A stretch of DNA of 55,524 nucleotides, counting the filler, from Convolutriloba macropyga (taxonomy: Eukaryota), in assembly GCF_964194025.1 (NCBI RefSeq). It is 2 parts of 2 records of this genome, joined end to end, with 100 filler letters (N's around TTAATTAATTAA, not from the genome) between each part and the next. Parts side by side here need not be neighbours in the genome. Positions count along the whole stretch, not along the records: positions 1 to 31,237 come from NC_134477.1; 1 more part is not named here. One strand, written 5' to 3'. The stretch's first letter is position 1. Every line of letters begins with the position of its first letter. Position numbers and translations under genes: made by a program. Below the pieces are notes generated by a model. The model ran no database searches. It was not told the origin of the DNA and saw nothing but the letters and a program-made list of their open reading frames with translations. Shown piece after piece: positions 10,289 through 23,900 of this stretch.

Positions 10289-12600
10289 TCAAAAAATATG
10301 TTGGTATGTATTAATTCCGGATCTGCAACAACTCTTTATGAAATGAATATATTTTGAATTGAAATTAAGTGTATAATTTAGCAATTTTCTTATTCGTATT
10401 CCAATTCTCTTTGGTTTGATACCAGTAAATTGATTGCTAAGCTTTAGTTTCTTACTTGTTGTTCTTTTCTTATCAAACTTTACAAGATCTGAATCCTCAA
10501 TAAACCTGTTAAAATTTTCAGTTTTATGTTCTCGCCTAATTGTTTTGGATAAATATTTTGAAAACTCATAAATATGTCGCTCTTTCACCAGGAAGATTCC
10601 AAATTTTTTCCGTTCGTTCGCTGTTGATTGATGACTTTGTTTCCAGAAAAAAATTCGCACAATTTGTTTGATTTCAACTTCGATAAACTTCAGGCTTGTC
10701 TTGTTTGCAGTTCCGTAAATAAGCAGTCTATATTGTATTAGCGGTTGAACAAAATTCTTATATACTACAACTAATTGTTTAATACGCAATATAAACCTCT
10801 GTTTGTAGAATAATCCCCTAAATTTCGTCAATTTTGCCTAAGTTTAGATTAATTGTTTTTTCAACATTGAGAGTCAGTTTGTTATCGCTTAAGTAGAGGC
10901 CGATGTCGTCAATGTTACGTTGAAAAAGATCTTCCTTTGCATTTTTTGGCTGCAGAGCAGTATCGTCGGCATAGAGCGTTATTGTAGAGCACTTGCATTG
11001 TTTTCTGATGTCATTGACGTATAAGATGAAAATTAGTGGTCCTAAAACTGAACCTTAATGCACGCCAAAAAAATAGTTCTCGGACTGGTTCTTGCAGCAC
11101 CATATCTAAGAGTTTGTTTTCTATCAGATAAGTAAGATTTCATAATTTCAAGCATTGGGCCTCTCAATCCTATGTTAGCGATTTGTCTAAGAAGTAAGTT
11201 ATCATCAACCGTGTCAAAGAATTCCAAAAAATTAGATATTTTGTTGTAAATGTATGTTTCAAAGACTTTTGAAACAGTCAGGAGTAGGGAAGTTGGTCTG
11301 AAGTTAGATGCTTCCTGGACATCACCTTTTTTATGTAACGCTACTATGATAGCTTCTTTCAAGCAAGGTGGAAAACTTCCTTCATCGATAAATTTGTTGA
11401 TTAATTTTGTTAGTATTGGCACAATTAAACATTCGAGTTTCTTCAGAAAAAAATTGTTCAATTCAAAACAATCTGTGCTACATTTCGTTTGCATTTTATT
11501 TATTATTTCCCGTACTTCCAGCAAAATGGCACTGGTTAGTCGCATTGATTGTACACTGATACTGCTGCTTTTAGAAACCTTCTCTTTTTTAGACTCAAAT
11601 TTTGATGCTAAGATTTTACCAACTGAAGAAAAATAGTCTATGAATTTATCAGCTGTTTCTTTGTTGAGCCTATCTTGCGTTGCAACTTTGCCTTTTAATC
11701 TGCTATTGCAGTCACAAAACGATTTCGAGTTTTTCTGACCATCTGCATTTATTAATAGCTGATAATACGTCTCCTTTTTTCTTCTGATCAGTTTTTGCAG
11801 CTTGTTACGTAGTGCATTGAATTTGAGCTGATCGTTTTTGTCTTTCTTTCTCATAAAATTTTGATATTGCTGTCGTTTCTTGGTAGCTAGATGTTTAATT
11901 TCGTTGTTAACCAACAATTTTTTATTTTTTGTACCTTTACAAATTTTCGTAGAAACAAATTTTTCAGCACATTTATTCAATAGAAATTGAAAATTGTGCA
12001 TGGCTTTTTTACAACTCATTTGATCGAGAGTTAGTTCAAAATTCTGTAATTCATGCTGCATATGAAACAGAAAATAATTAAATTTGCGTCATTAAGTTTT
12101 GTCCACATTTTAATCATACGATCATCATCAATTTCTTTTTCTAAATGACTCAAATTGTGTTCCGAGAATCCAAAAAAGAGCGTATAATGCTCTGTTATCG
12201 TAGTTGATGACACTTTCAAATCAACTTTAACATTTGTATACAAGGCATCAATACAAGAATTACTAGTCTTTGTTCCTCTAGTGCAGTTCGCATTTTCTAC
12301 ATAATGCAGATCAAAAGACAGCAAGGCATCCTGCAATGTTTTCAACTTTGACGAAACGGCGTGATGATTTATATTAAAATATTAAAAAGCCTTGTATTCT
12401 CTGAGTTGTTTTCTCTACAACTCTGCCTTGAAAAAGAGTTAACAGGTGTCCAACTCAACAATGGCAATTCAACAACCGTTGGCCTCTTTTTCCGGAATGT
12501 TTGGTGAAGTTTGAGGGATTTTGCTCTAACTGTAAATTTTGCACAAAACATTTCTTGTAACCCTATTGGCCGGCAATGAGAAACTTGGAGTTCCAAACTA
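10289..12600 (-). mobile_element. Decayed CR1/L2/Jockey-group LINE (endonuclease remnant plus RT)
   Basis: Minus strand: SCIDALYTN..TITEHY (EN); FPPCLKEAIIVALHKKGD..NFRPTSLL..SKVFE; FDTVD; SYLSDRKQ; GVH*GSVLGPLIFILYVND; LYADDT (YADD at 10962-10973). Many stops and frameshifts. Confidence 0.85.
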
Positions 12601-14559
12601 TTGAATTTTTTTTTCGTCTTTCAACCCATGTTTTCACATAACACGAAAAATCGTTTGGAAAATTAACACACGACTTGCGACTAGCACACAAAAAAATTGT
12701 GTAATTCTATGCCCACACGAGAAAAAGTCGTGTGATCCCACACGAGAAATATTTAGAGTGCACGTTATCATGAGTATGAGTGATTGTTCCACATTGAAAT
12801 AAAAACTTAATCATAATCCCAATACGAAGATTAGGATTATTGTAATTTTGGTCAACTAAATTTTTTATAAAGTTTACTGTTTTAGCTAAAGTTCGACGTC
12901 TTGTTTGGGTCCAGCATAATGGATGTTCTGACTCAGAAGCCTGCGATGAGCCGTATGATGAAATCTTTTACAAAGACAATCCTGACCGCCCGGAACAACT
13001 TTATCTTGTGAAAAATTATTCGTGTGTTACCTGCAATTCCGTTTCCTTTTGTCACCATAAGTTGTACAGGTGTACAAATGCCTATATCACGTGCCATATC
13101 AAATGCCTATAACGCTCAAACTTGAGTGGTAAAATTTGCACAAAGGAGGCAAAGATAAAAGTGTGAGCGATATCCAATTTGAAAATCTCTCTCGTGTTCT
13201 AAGACTGCAAAACGGAATAGACTTGTTTAAATGTCTTGCACTCAAATAATTTCTGCATTCAAATTTTGTTGCGATCATTTTCTGCTCTTAGTGACCCCTA
13301 CAACAACGAGAAGAGAAGCGAGTGTATACAGGTGTTGCCACTTTTTGAAAAATTATAACCAAACAAGTTCGGTCATGCATATGGATGAAAAGTTCTCGGC
13401 ATTTATGTTTGAAATGTGGAAAAACACCAAATTATGCATGTAAGTTGTTTCATGTGAGTCATAAATATTTCATTTGGGAATATTGTTGTAGTAGTGAAAA
13501 CAACCCAAAATTGCTTAATTTTTTCGTTGATCCCTAATAGTACCTATGAGTCATCTATGGTAAATTGTACCTCATACGTTTGTCCTAATATAAAAACATT
13601 ACAGTAAAATANNNNNNNNNNNNNNNNNNNNNNNNNNNNNNNNNNNNNNNNNNNNNNNNNNNNNNNNNNNNNNNNNNNNNNNNNNNNNNNNNNNNNNNNN
13701 NNNNNNNNNNNNNNNNNNNNNNNNNNNNNNNNNNNNNNNNNNNNNNNNNNNNNNNNNNNNNNNNNNNNNNNNNNNNNNNNNNNNNNNNNNGGAAAGAGGG
13801 GTTACCATGCGAAAAATATCTTGAAAAAATATCTTGATTATGGAGAGATATGTTTGTACTTTTTATCAACTTGCTTGTATTTGGATCCTTAACTTGATCT
13901 TGACATGGCGCTGAAACTATGGAGGAACAATTGGTATAGATAAATCATCGCTGGACAAAGGTTTCAATTTGTTAAAAATTTTTAGATTTCCTGCTATCAT
14001 TTACGACGCTGCCAGTCTCATTTTCGAGTAGCAGGCATTGCGCAAGAAAGGAGGTATTATTGTTCTATCACTGCTTGATGAATGAGTAGTCCTCTAGAGA
14101 AGACAAATCCATCACTACTTCAAGTTGATGTTTCTCCCAATTTGACATTCTACAGTTTCATAGCACTATAGAATCAATTACAGGAGAAGCAGGGGAGGAA
14201 CCTGAATACCTGTCTTATGAAATACTCTGCAAGGAAATACGTTGCTAAATAATAGGGTAACATAATGTAATTGCAATTCATTTTTTCAATAAAAGCATTG
14301 TAAAAATGAGTCAAAAAGGAGGTGAGTTGGATTCGGTTGGAGGTTTAATTGACTTGGTATTCGAAACAGAGCAGCAGGAAAGATAGACTGGGAGGTTCTA
14401 TAGTTCGCGTAACCTCGATGTGAAGTTGTAACTTTTACACAATTTTTGTAATACATTTTCTTATAACATTATCGCTGATCAAATTAGTGTTTTTCAGAAT
14501 TGATTGCGTAGAAAAAAATTTTGTTTTTTTTTCTTCTCGCCTAAACAGTTGGGTACGCT

Positions 14560-14900
14560 CTTTCCCATCCCAACGTATAATTAAAACAAAAACAATACCA
14601 AAACAAAAAAGTCCTCACACTTTTGAGTTTTTGCGTTGAACTGGTTGATCCTTTAGCAACTGATAAACTTTCAAATTTTCTTTTTAAGAACTTATTCTTT
14701 GGTAGACATCTTTGTACGACGTTATAGACTGTCCCCCTGTCCCCGAGGGTCTGCGCAGAAAAATTGTTTTTCTTTCAGACACAATAGTAACCAATGAGCC
14801 TAGAAATTTTCTGCAGCCCTTGCGTTAACATTTAAGAAGTTGTTTGTTTTCAACATTTGGTTGAGATTATTTGCAGCAAAGACACCAAGTGTTTTGTGCT
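14560..14900 (-). pseudogene. Adenoviral-type (adenain-like) cysteine protease remnant
   Basis: GVFAANN..FLNVN..AHWLLLC..FCADPRG..QPVQRKNSKV*GLFC. The catalytic H, D and Q are recognisable; the catalytic Cys codon is now TGA. Confidence 0.75.
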
Positions 14901-14949
14901 GGAATAAAACGATCTCGAAGATATTTGAAGGCTTTGTTACCTTAGTGTG

Positions 14950-16060
14950 ATTGAATTCGTGTTGTTTTTGTTGGGTGCTGGTCAAATCATTATCCTTTAT
15001 AAAAGCCTTTGGTTAATCGGTCAAAATTATTGCATGTCCATGATCAGTCTAAGCTGGATCCCAGATTGTATTTAAGTAAAAACGTTTGTCATAATTTGTT
15101 TTCAGTGGACTATCTGCAACAGGCATTCCGTTTCGATATACACAGATCTGCTTGATCTTAACTTTTTGAAAATGAACTGAATGTTGCTTGTTGATCATAA
15201 GGAAAGCTTCACTTCAATTTAAGCAGGTTGCAAGTCGGTGGATTGATTATTACGGAAATGTATTTTCTTATTCCAGCTGTGAAGACATGTTGAGGCGAAA
15301 AATGTTTTTGTTAGTATTTTAAGGTAAAGATAAGACGCGGAGCTATTCACTGTTTTTTTTAAAGACACAACATTGTCTTTAAAGATCATCCTCCTCAGCT
15401 ACAAATAGGCTTGGACAATTTTTAGCCTGTATTGCTAAGCTGCATCGTTGAACTTGATAACAGAATCTTTAATTCATTATCGAAAAGCAATTTTCTGTGT
15501 CACAACACTAAGCAAATGTCTGTCACAGGTGACAAAGTCTACAACAACTTTGCAGTAGAATGTACGTTCAGCTGATTGTCTCACCATAAGTTTTCTTCTG
15601 TTCACTTCTGACGTTGACAGCAGGCTCGGGTTTTCCTCATAAGAGAAGCCCATAGAGGCCAGCCACGTGATCTCTGCAGCTTTATTATGTAGGAACTCGG
15701 TCTCAATGAAATTTTGTAAGAGCATAGTTTCCATTAGCGTTTGAAATTTTCAATCAATTAGCAGACACTGTACAATCAAAGAAGAGTGAATGCAACACTT
15801 TTTTTGCAAAAAAATGGCTTATCTGTTTTTGTTGTGTCAGCAGTGGCGCCTGCGTCATATTTCAAATCAGCTTCCAAAGACCGAATAATTTGCATTTGAC
15901 TCGAGGAAATTTTTTGTTAGCCAATAAAGTTATTTCGGTCAACAGCAACTTGAAATGCTAACTTGAGTCCATTTGGATTGACCAGATTTATTTACTCTTT
16001 GAGGATATTGTCCAGAGAAATGAGGCAGAGACGTTGCTTGATTAGCAATCTAAGAATCCA
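14950..16060 (-). pseudogene. Polinton major capsid protein (double jelly-roll) remnant
   Basis: KISNANGNYA..FIETEFLHNKAA..TWLA..SYEENP..RRKLMVRQS..VDFVTCDRHLL..IAFR; later YRNGMPVADSPL and DLTSTQQ. Confidence 0.7.
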
Positions 16061-16079
16061 TTTTATGGGAGAAACTTTT

Positions 16080-16780
16080 TCACTTGTAGTGTTAGATTAA
16101 TATTTGCAGTTCCCTAAGAAAAGGCCTTATTGCCCTGTTTTCGTTCGCTTTGATGAGTTTGTTGAAGCTCGCAAACACTAACGGTTTTTGGACGTTGCTT
16201 CGAAATATGACTCGCAGAAGCGGATCCGTAGTCTCACTGACGTATTGATTTTGAATTAATCTGGTAATGATGAACATTATATGCTTGTCAGCAGATAGGT
16301 CCACCGGAAACTTCCCATAAATTGCCTCGCTTCCATCACTTTTGTTAAGACTGTTTGCTTTTTGTTCCCTTTGTACCCAGTATATATTCCGTTACCGTCA
16401 GGAATGCCTTGAAAGCCAAGGGTAATCGGAATTTCCTCAGTGGAAATCTAATTCCTTCACACTTGCCAAACAAATTTTCGTATATGCCAGAGGTCTTCAG
16501 CTCTCTAAAAAAATGTCAATATAACTGCGTGCAAGAGGTTGTGCCACCGTATCAAATGATTCTGACAAAAACCGCTCCTCTGTCCGCTATAAGGTCTGGA
16601 AATATCACTGTCCCCAGAAAACATACTTTGGGAATCTCCAATGTCTGTTTGATTGTAAACAGTTAGGTTTCCGTTGACACATATTTCAAATTTGCTGGGT
16701 GAATTAATTCACTCAATGGCATTCTTCAATCAAGTGAAAGTAGAATTTTGTCATTGAAACTACGTGTGCTTTAAAATCGT
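16080..16780 (-). pseudogene. Polinton minor capsid (penton-like) remnant
   Basis: FNDKILLSLD*RMPLSELIHP matches the WxVALxEI motif. GKFPVDLSADKHIMFI..QYVSETTDPLLRVI matches the QxVGDxxxPLLR motif. Confidence 0.7.
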
Positions 16781-16799
16781 CGTGAAACCGTTTGTTGGA

Positions 16800-17620
16800 C
16801 ATTTTTTTGTCCAACGGAAGCCTGACAAGTGTAATTTTTGTTAATAAGACCTTCCGTGATTGAGTTTATTGTCTGCGTTGACAAGGAAAAATGTTAATAG
16901 GTTTATTGTTGTTTTTCCGTTAATTCATAGACCTCGTCTGTGGATGATTGCTTGTATTTTTTTTGAAAGTTTTCATCTTTTCAAACTATGCTCACGAAAT
17001 ATGTGAAGAAAAACCTCTGGGTAGATCTTGTTTGTGCAATCAATGACACAACTCTTGGCTCATCCTTTTTTTAAACTTTGTTCGGTGCTTGATTTGGGTA
17101 CTTGATTGATTATTGAAATGGTTGTTTTCCCAATGTGGATTTTTTGATCAATGGAGGAATTTGTCCATTTTTCTTCGAAATAACAACGAATTATCGCTTT
17201 GATGGATTTAAAGTTCCTTTCTGCTGAAGCTGACTTTTTTCGCTAAAAGAACCAAATAAACACGTTTGATGCACAATTGTTTGAATGCTCCAAAGAATTC
17301 TGTACCATCGTCAACCCGTTTTTTGGGCGTTTTGTTTTTGATCGTATTTGGGAATGTGGCTGTTTCTGTCGCATTCTTTGTCTTAAGGGTTCCACTCGTA
17401 AATCCTTTGATAAGCTTTCAACTGCTACCAGGTGATTCTATATATTGCGGTTATTTTTTTTACACGTGCGTTAAATCCAGAGACCAAACTTTGTGTATTT
17501 TTTACACAAATACTTTATGCCTGGGTAGTTTTACTGAAACCGCACAGTATTTTGTGATAGACGGATTTGTGTCCAGAACAAACATTTGGTAAACAAATAC
17601 CTCAGGTAAACAAAAACCAC
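16800..17620 (-). pseudogene. Retroviral-like DDE integrase remnant (Polinton INT)
   Basis: LPRHKVFV..VWSLDL..LVAVESLSK.LRVEPL..VDDGTEFFGAFKQLC..SEKKSASAERN..YFEEKWT. All three DDE regions are recognisable. Confidence 0.82.
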
Positions 17621-18429
17621 TTTCCTTGACAGGTCTCTCTTTTGTATGCCGTTTTGAATTTTTCTTGTTAATTTTCCAACGAAGCCTTCAAGATGGGCTT
17701 GGCGTATGTGTTGGCATTTAAATGAGGTGATACGTCGAGAGCAGACAAAAATTTAGAGTAATTTTCCATGTCATGTTTTTTGTGGGTTGCTGAAAATCAT
17801 ACAGAAATTAGAACCTTAACATAAACCAGTTATTGGTTGATGTGAATAATTTTATTCGATGAAATTTATGTCAGATCGCATCAAGAGATCACCTAAAGTT
17901 TTTGATCGCTTGAAAATGTTTTTTAATCATTGGTTCGGGTTCGGATATTATAGACTCAGATCTAATATTTTTTGTTTTCACAATATTGGTTCAATCTCCT
18001 TATCTTTGCTGCCTAATTCTGACGTTTTTCGTCGGTTCCTGCCGAGTTTTCTTGAACACTACTCGTAGTGACATTGAATTCTTCTTTCGTGAAATTCGCA
18101 GACCGAAGAAGCGATAAATAACCTGCTTTCTGTTCGTTTTTAGAGTTGTTTAGAATTTTACTTTTAATGGGTTCATATGACACAAACATCCGTTTTGGAA
18201 TTAAAAACAATTCTCTTGTAAGCTTTACACTTTTCCCAATTAAGGATAGCAATAGAAATCAATTTCAGTTCTGACCATTTCAGTTTCTTTGACTGAAAGT
18301 TGCATAGTTTGTTTGAAATTTATTCTATTTGATAAAATTTTTTGAGTGGTTTCTCTCAGGGTTCTATTTTTGTTTTATTAACTGACACGTTGCCAATGAC
18401 AAAAATCAGTAAACAGTTTTGTTTTTCAA

Positions 18430-19124
18430 TGTGATGTATCTAGCATCTGCCGCCTCTAGATTCTACTTCTTTCTCTCTGGTTAGTTAGTTTTTGATAACA
18501 GATTTAGCTAAGCGAAGGTTAAATTTTGTGGTCATTGAGGACCAATGTTTGAAAAATAGCGTAGGACGTCAGATGCTTTTGGATCTAAGTCAACTAACAA
18601 TTATCTAAACTGCTTTCTTGTTGCTAGCTCACAACATTCTTTCAAAATTGCGTGTTTTTTAGTTGTCGACCAAAAAAAAAGAATTTGTTGCGCGTCACGG
18701 GGTGATTTGGAAAAAATTATATGTGTTGTTTCCAGCCCAATTGCTCCAGTCCAATTGGTCTGTTGAAACAATTTATTTTTCACATAAATTACACTGATAT
18801 TTCTGTATCGTCCAGCAGTTGCTAATTTTGAAAACTCTCTGTCATTGAAATCATCTTTACGTAAGTCGTCGAAGACAAACAGATGGTTTTTCTATCTCCG
18901 AAATGTGTTCAAAATCAGAAAAACTGTTAAAATTTATGTCCTACTTTCCCTCTAATGACTGCAATGTTGACTGATTGTGCTCACGAAAACAGTTTTTGAG
19001 AACTAGTACTTGGCAAAAATGTACCAAGTAGTAACGTTTTCAAAATGAGATCAAGTTTCCTACAAGAGGATGGCCCATACACAGCCATGATCAACCTGTC
19101 AGAAGTGGAAACTGTTTTATTCGT
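18430..19124 (-). pseudogene. A32/FtsK-like packaging ATPase remnant
   Basis: STSDRLIMAVYGPSSCRK (Walker A region), LFVFDDL (Walker B), ATAGRYRNISVI, KSPRD, ELATRKQF..VDLDPK. Confidence 0.8.
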
Positions 19125-19204
19125 AAATTGGGTTTCGAAGTATCAACATTTCAGGTTGCTGATTTCTCTTAAACAGTTGGTTAAGCGTTTCCCAGTCCCA
19201 ACTT

Positions 19205-19860
19205 ATGAATGAAATAATTTCCACCTCTGACAGGTTGTTCATGGTTGTCTGCGGGCTATCTTGGTGTGGGAAAACTAATCTGATATCCATAACGTTACTA
19301 CTTAGTATATTTTCACTGGTACTTAATCAAAATGATTTTTCAGCGCAATTAGCTCAAATTTCACTCATTAGAGAAGAAACTGAACAGAGTTCAAGTAATT
19401 TTTGGGTTTTGAACTATCTGCTTGTCTTTTATAAATTAAATGAAGAAATTTTCAGCAACAACGAGTTTTCAAAATTATCAACTGCCTGACGAGACAGAAA
19501 CATCATTGTAATTTACCTGAAGCACAACTTGTTCCGTTAAAAGAAGTAGTCTAGAAAAATTTATTTGAGTAAAATGCGTTTCATATTGTTCAAATCACCA
19601 CTTGACGCGCAAAAAATTGTGTTTATTGGTCGACAAATAAAAATTCGCATGTTTTTTAAAGATTGTGTTGAGCTAGCAATAAGAAAGCAATTTGGTTATA
19701 AGTTAGTTGACTTAGATCAAAACACATTTGTCGTTCTACCTCATGGTTCAAAAATTGGTCCTCCAGGATCATCAAAATTCTATCTTCCCTAGGCTAAATG
19801 TGTTTTCACAAAATTAACTGATGAGAGAGAGAGAGAAGTATGTATGCTTCGGCAGTTGTT
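19205..19860 (+). pseudogene. Packaging ATPase remnant (plus-strand copy 1)
   Basis: MNEIISTSDRLFMVVCGLSWCGKTNLI (Walker A GxxxxGKT), then LFKSPLD..FKDCVELAIRKQFGY.LVDLD. Confidence 0.8.
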
Positions 19861-20976
19861 AGATACATCAGATTAAAAAAACAATTAATCGAGACAGCTT
19901 GAAGTAATTTCATTAAATTGCTTTTTGAGTGTTTACTCATTATTGTCAATGGCAATGTGCTAGTTAATGAAACAAAAAAGAAAGCTATGAAAAACCGTTT
20001 AAAAACTTTTAGCCAAGAAAAAAGAAATGTTCAGAATCGTTGGTTTCTTTTGCTATCATTAATTGAAAATCATGTAGAGCATAAAAAGGAATGCGTTTTA
20101 ATTCAAAAACGGATGTATGTGTCACATCAGCTGGGTGAAAAGAAGTTCTACAAGTCCTATTTATGAACAGGAAGCAGCTCAATTATCATTTTTCAAAGAG
20201 ACCAGTCTGCGAAATCGAAGCAAGAACAACCCAATACCACTATTAGTAGCGTTCACAAAAACCCGGCAGCAAAGGCAGCAAAAATTGTAAGAACCAGTCA
20301 GCAAAGACAGTGATATTGAACCAATAGTGACAAAACGAAAAGATATAGTTATGAGTCTATAGTTTCCGGATTCGAAACAATGAAAAAACCAAAATAAGGG
20401 ATTTTAGTTTTTACTTCAAGCAATCTTATCATGCAATCTCCATAAATTTCATAGAAGGGAATGATAGACTTCATATCAACAAAAAACAAAAAGTTGGTGT
20501 TAAACTTCCCATTCTTGGTATAATTTGCAGCAACCATCAAAAAAATTCAAATTAAAAATATTCTAAGAGTTTTAATATCACGTATCACCTCATTTGGTTG
20601 TGAACACTTATACGAAGCAAATCTTGGGAGCCTCGTCGCAAATTGATCAAGAATTTTCCCCCAGCCGACAGGTAGCCAGCAGCATTGGCTCGAAATTAAC
20701 GCCAAAAAGGATAACAAAGAAACAACCGACAAAATGGAGGAGGCCAGTCAGAAGATGTTGTCTTCCCTTTCTTGAAATTAAAAAAAATTGGAGCAATTTT
20801 TCATAAAGGCACCAGCTTCGTATGGAGGCAGAAAGAAATACACAATCAGAGCAAGCTCTCTTTAGTAAAAGTGTAAATCAATTTTTAGACACGAAACCGT
20901 CTTTCACAAAGTGCCGTGCAGTTCGAATAAAATTTCCCAATTAAAGTTTTTGTGAATGATATATATGAAGTTTGGT

Positions 20977-23900
20977 TCCCATAAATTACCTTGCTTCCAT
21001 CACTTTTTGTAAGATTGTTTGCTTTTGGTTCCCTTTGTGCCCAGTATGTATTCCGTTACCGTCGGGAATGCCTTGAAAGCCAATGGTAATCGGAATTTCC
21101 TCAGTGGAAATCTAATTCCTTCACACTTGCCAAACAAATTTTCGTATATGCCAGAGGTCTTCAGCTCTCTAAAAAAATGTCAATATAACTGCGTGCAAGA
21201 GGTTGTGCCACCGTATCAAATGATTCTGACAAAAACCGCTCCTCTGTCCGCTATAAGGTCTGGAAATATCACTGTCCCCAGAAAACATACTTTGGGAATC
21301 TCCAATGTCTGTTTGATTGCAAACAGTTAGGTTTCCGTTGACACATTTTTCGAATTTGTTGGGAGAATGATTTCACTCAATGGCATTTTTCGATCAAGTG
21401 AAATAAGAATTTTGTCATTGAAACTACGTGCGCTTTAAAATCGTCTTTCAGCTTTCAACTGCTACCAGGTGATTCTATATATTGCGGTTATTTTTTTTAC
21501 ACGTGCGTTAAATCCAGAGACCAAACTTTGTGTATTTTTTACACAAATACTTTATGCCTGGGTAGTTTTACTGAAACCGCACAGTATTTTGTGATAGACG
21601 GATTTGTGTCCAGATCAAATATTTTTACTTCAGGTAAGCAAAAACCACTTTCCTTGACAGGTCTCTTTTTTGTATGCCGTTTTGAATTTTTCTTGTTAAT
21701 TTTCCAACGAAGACTCAAAGATTGGCTTGGCATATGTGTTGGCATTTAAATGAGGTGATACGTCGAGAGCAGACGAAACTTTGGAGTAATTTTCCATGTC
21801 ATGTTTTTGTGGGTTGCTGAAAATCATACAGAAATTAGAAACTTAACATAAACCAGTTATTGGTTGATGTGAATAATTTTATTCGATGAAATTTATGTCA
21901 GATCGCATCAAGAGATCACCTAAAGTTTTTGATCGCTTGAAAATGTTTTTTAATCATTGGTTCGGGTTCGGATATTATAGACTCAGATCTAATATTTTTT
22001 GTTTTCGCAATATTGGTTCAATCTCCTTATCTTTGCTGCCTAATTCTGACGTTTTTCGTCGGTTCCTGCCGAGTTTTCTTGAACACTACTCGTAGTGACA
22101 TTGAATTCTTCTTTCGTGAAATTCGCAGACCGAAGAAGCAATAAATAACCTGCTTTCTGTTCGTTTTTAGAGTTGTTTAGAATTTTACTTTTAATGGGTT
22201 GATATGACACAAACATCCGTTTTGGAATTAAAAACAATTCTCTTGTAAGCTTTACACTTTTCCCAATTAAGGATAGCAATAGAAACCAATTTCAGTTCTG
22301 ACCATTTCAGTTTCTTTGACTGAAAGTTGCATAGTTTGTTTGAAATTTTTTCTATTTGATAAAATTTTTTGAGTGGTTTCTCTCAGGGTTCTATTTTTGT
22401 TTTATTAACTGACACGTTGCCAATGACAAAAATCAGTAAACAGTTTTGTTTTTCTATGTGATGTATCTAGCATCTGCCGCCTCTAGATTCTACTTCTTTC
22501 TCTCTCGTTAGTTAGTTTTTGATAACAGATTTAGCTAAGCGAAGGTTAAATTTTGTGGTCATTGAGGACCAATATTTGAAAAATAGCGTAGGACGTCAGA
22601 TGTTTTTGGATCTAAGTCAAATAACAGTTATCCAAAATGCTTTCTTGTTGCTAGCTCATAACATTCTTTCAAAATTGCGTGTTTTTTAGTTGTCGACCAA
22701 AAAAAAAGAATTTTTTGCGCGTCACTGGGTGATTTGGAAAAAATGATATGTGTTGTTTCCAGCCCAATTGCTCCAGTCCAATTGGTCTGTTGAAACAATT
22801 TATTTTTCACAAAAATTACACTGATATTTCTGTGTCGTCCAGCAGTTGCTACTTTTGAAAACTCTCTGTCATTGAAATCATCTTTACGTAAGTCGTCGAA
22901 GACAAACAGACGGTTTTTTTATCTCCGAAATGTGCTCAAAATCAGAAAAGCTGTTAAAATTTATGTCCTACTTTCCCTCTAATGACTGCAATGTTGACTG
23001 ATTGTGCTCACGAAAACAGTTTTTGAGAACTGGTACTTGGCAAAAATGTACCAAGTAGTAACGTTTTCAAAATGAGATCAAGTTTCCTACAAGAGGATGG
23101 CCCATACACAGCCATGATCAACCTGTCAGAAGTGGAAACTGTTTTATTCGTAAATTGGGTTTCGAAGTATCAACATTTTAGGTTGCTCATTTCTCTTAAA
23201 CAGTTGGTTAAGCGTTTCCCAGTCCCAACTTATGAATGAAATAATTTCCACCTCTGACAGGTTGTTCATGGTTGTCTGCGGGATATCTTGGTGTGGGAAA
23301 ACTAATCTGATATCCATAACGTTACTACTTAGTATATTTTCACTAGTACTTAATCAATTTGATTTTTCAGCGCAATTAGCTCAAATTTCACTCGTTAGAG
23401 AAGAAACTGCACAGAGTTAAAGTTATTTTTGGGTTTTGAACTATCGGCTTGTTTTTTATAACTTAAATGAAGAAATTTTCAGCAACAACGAATTTTCAAA
23501 ATTATCAACTGCCTGACGAGACAGAAACATCATTGTAATTTACCCGAAGCACAACTTGTTCCGTTAAAACAAGTTGTCTAGAAAAATTAATTTGAGTAAA
23601 ATGCGTTTCATATTGTTCAAATCACCACTTGACGCGCAAAAAAATGTGTTTATTGGTCGACAAATAAAAAATTTGCATTTTTTTTAAAGATTGTTTTGAG
23701 CTAGCAATAAGAAAGCAATTTGGTTATATGTTAGTTGACTTAGATCAAAACACATTTGTCGTTCTACCTCATGGTTCAAAAATTGGTCCTCCAGGATCAT
23801 CAAAATTCTATCTTCCCTAGGCTAAATCTGTTTTCACAATATTAACTGATGAGAGAGTGAGAAGTATGTATGCTTCGGCAGTTGCTAGATACATCAGATT

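Larger units (their letters stand above)
13791..19124 (-). mobile_element. Decayed Polinton/Maverick module, left arm (ATPase > small ORFs > integrase > minor capsid > major capsid > protease, plus opposite-strand exonuclease-like gene)
   Basis: Ordered set of Polinton gene remnants listed below. Mirror image of 25164-30430. Confidence 0.82.

Noticed and set aside
14610-14620. TGA at the protease catalytic Cys read as selenocysteine
   Set aside because: The gene has other frameshifts and stops, so ordinary decay explains it.
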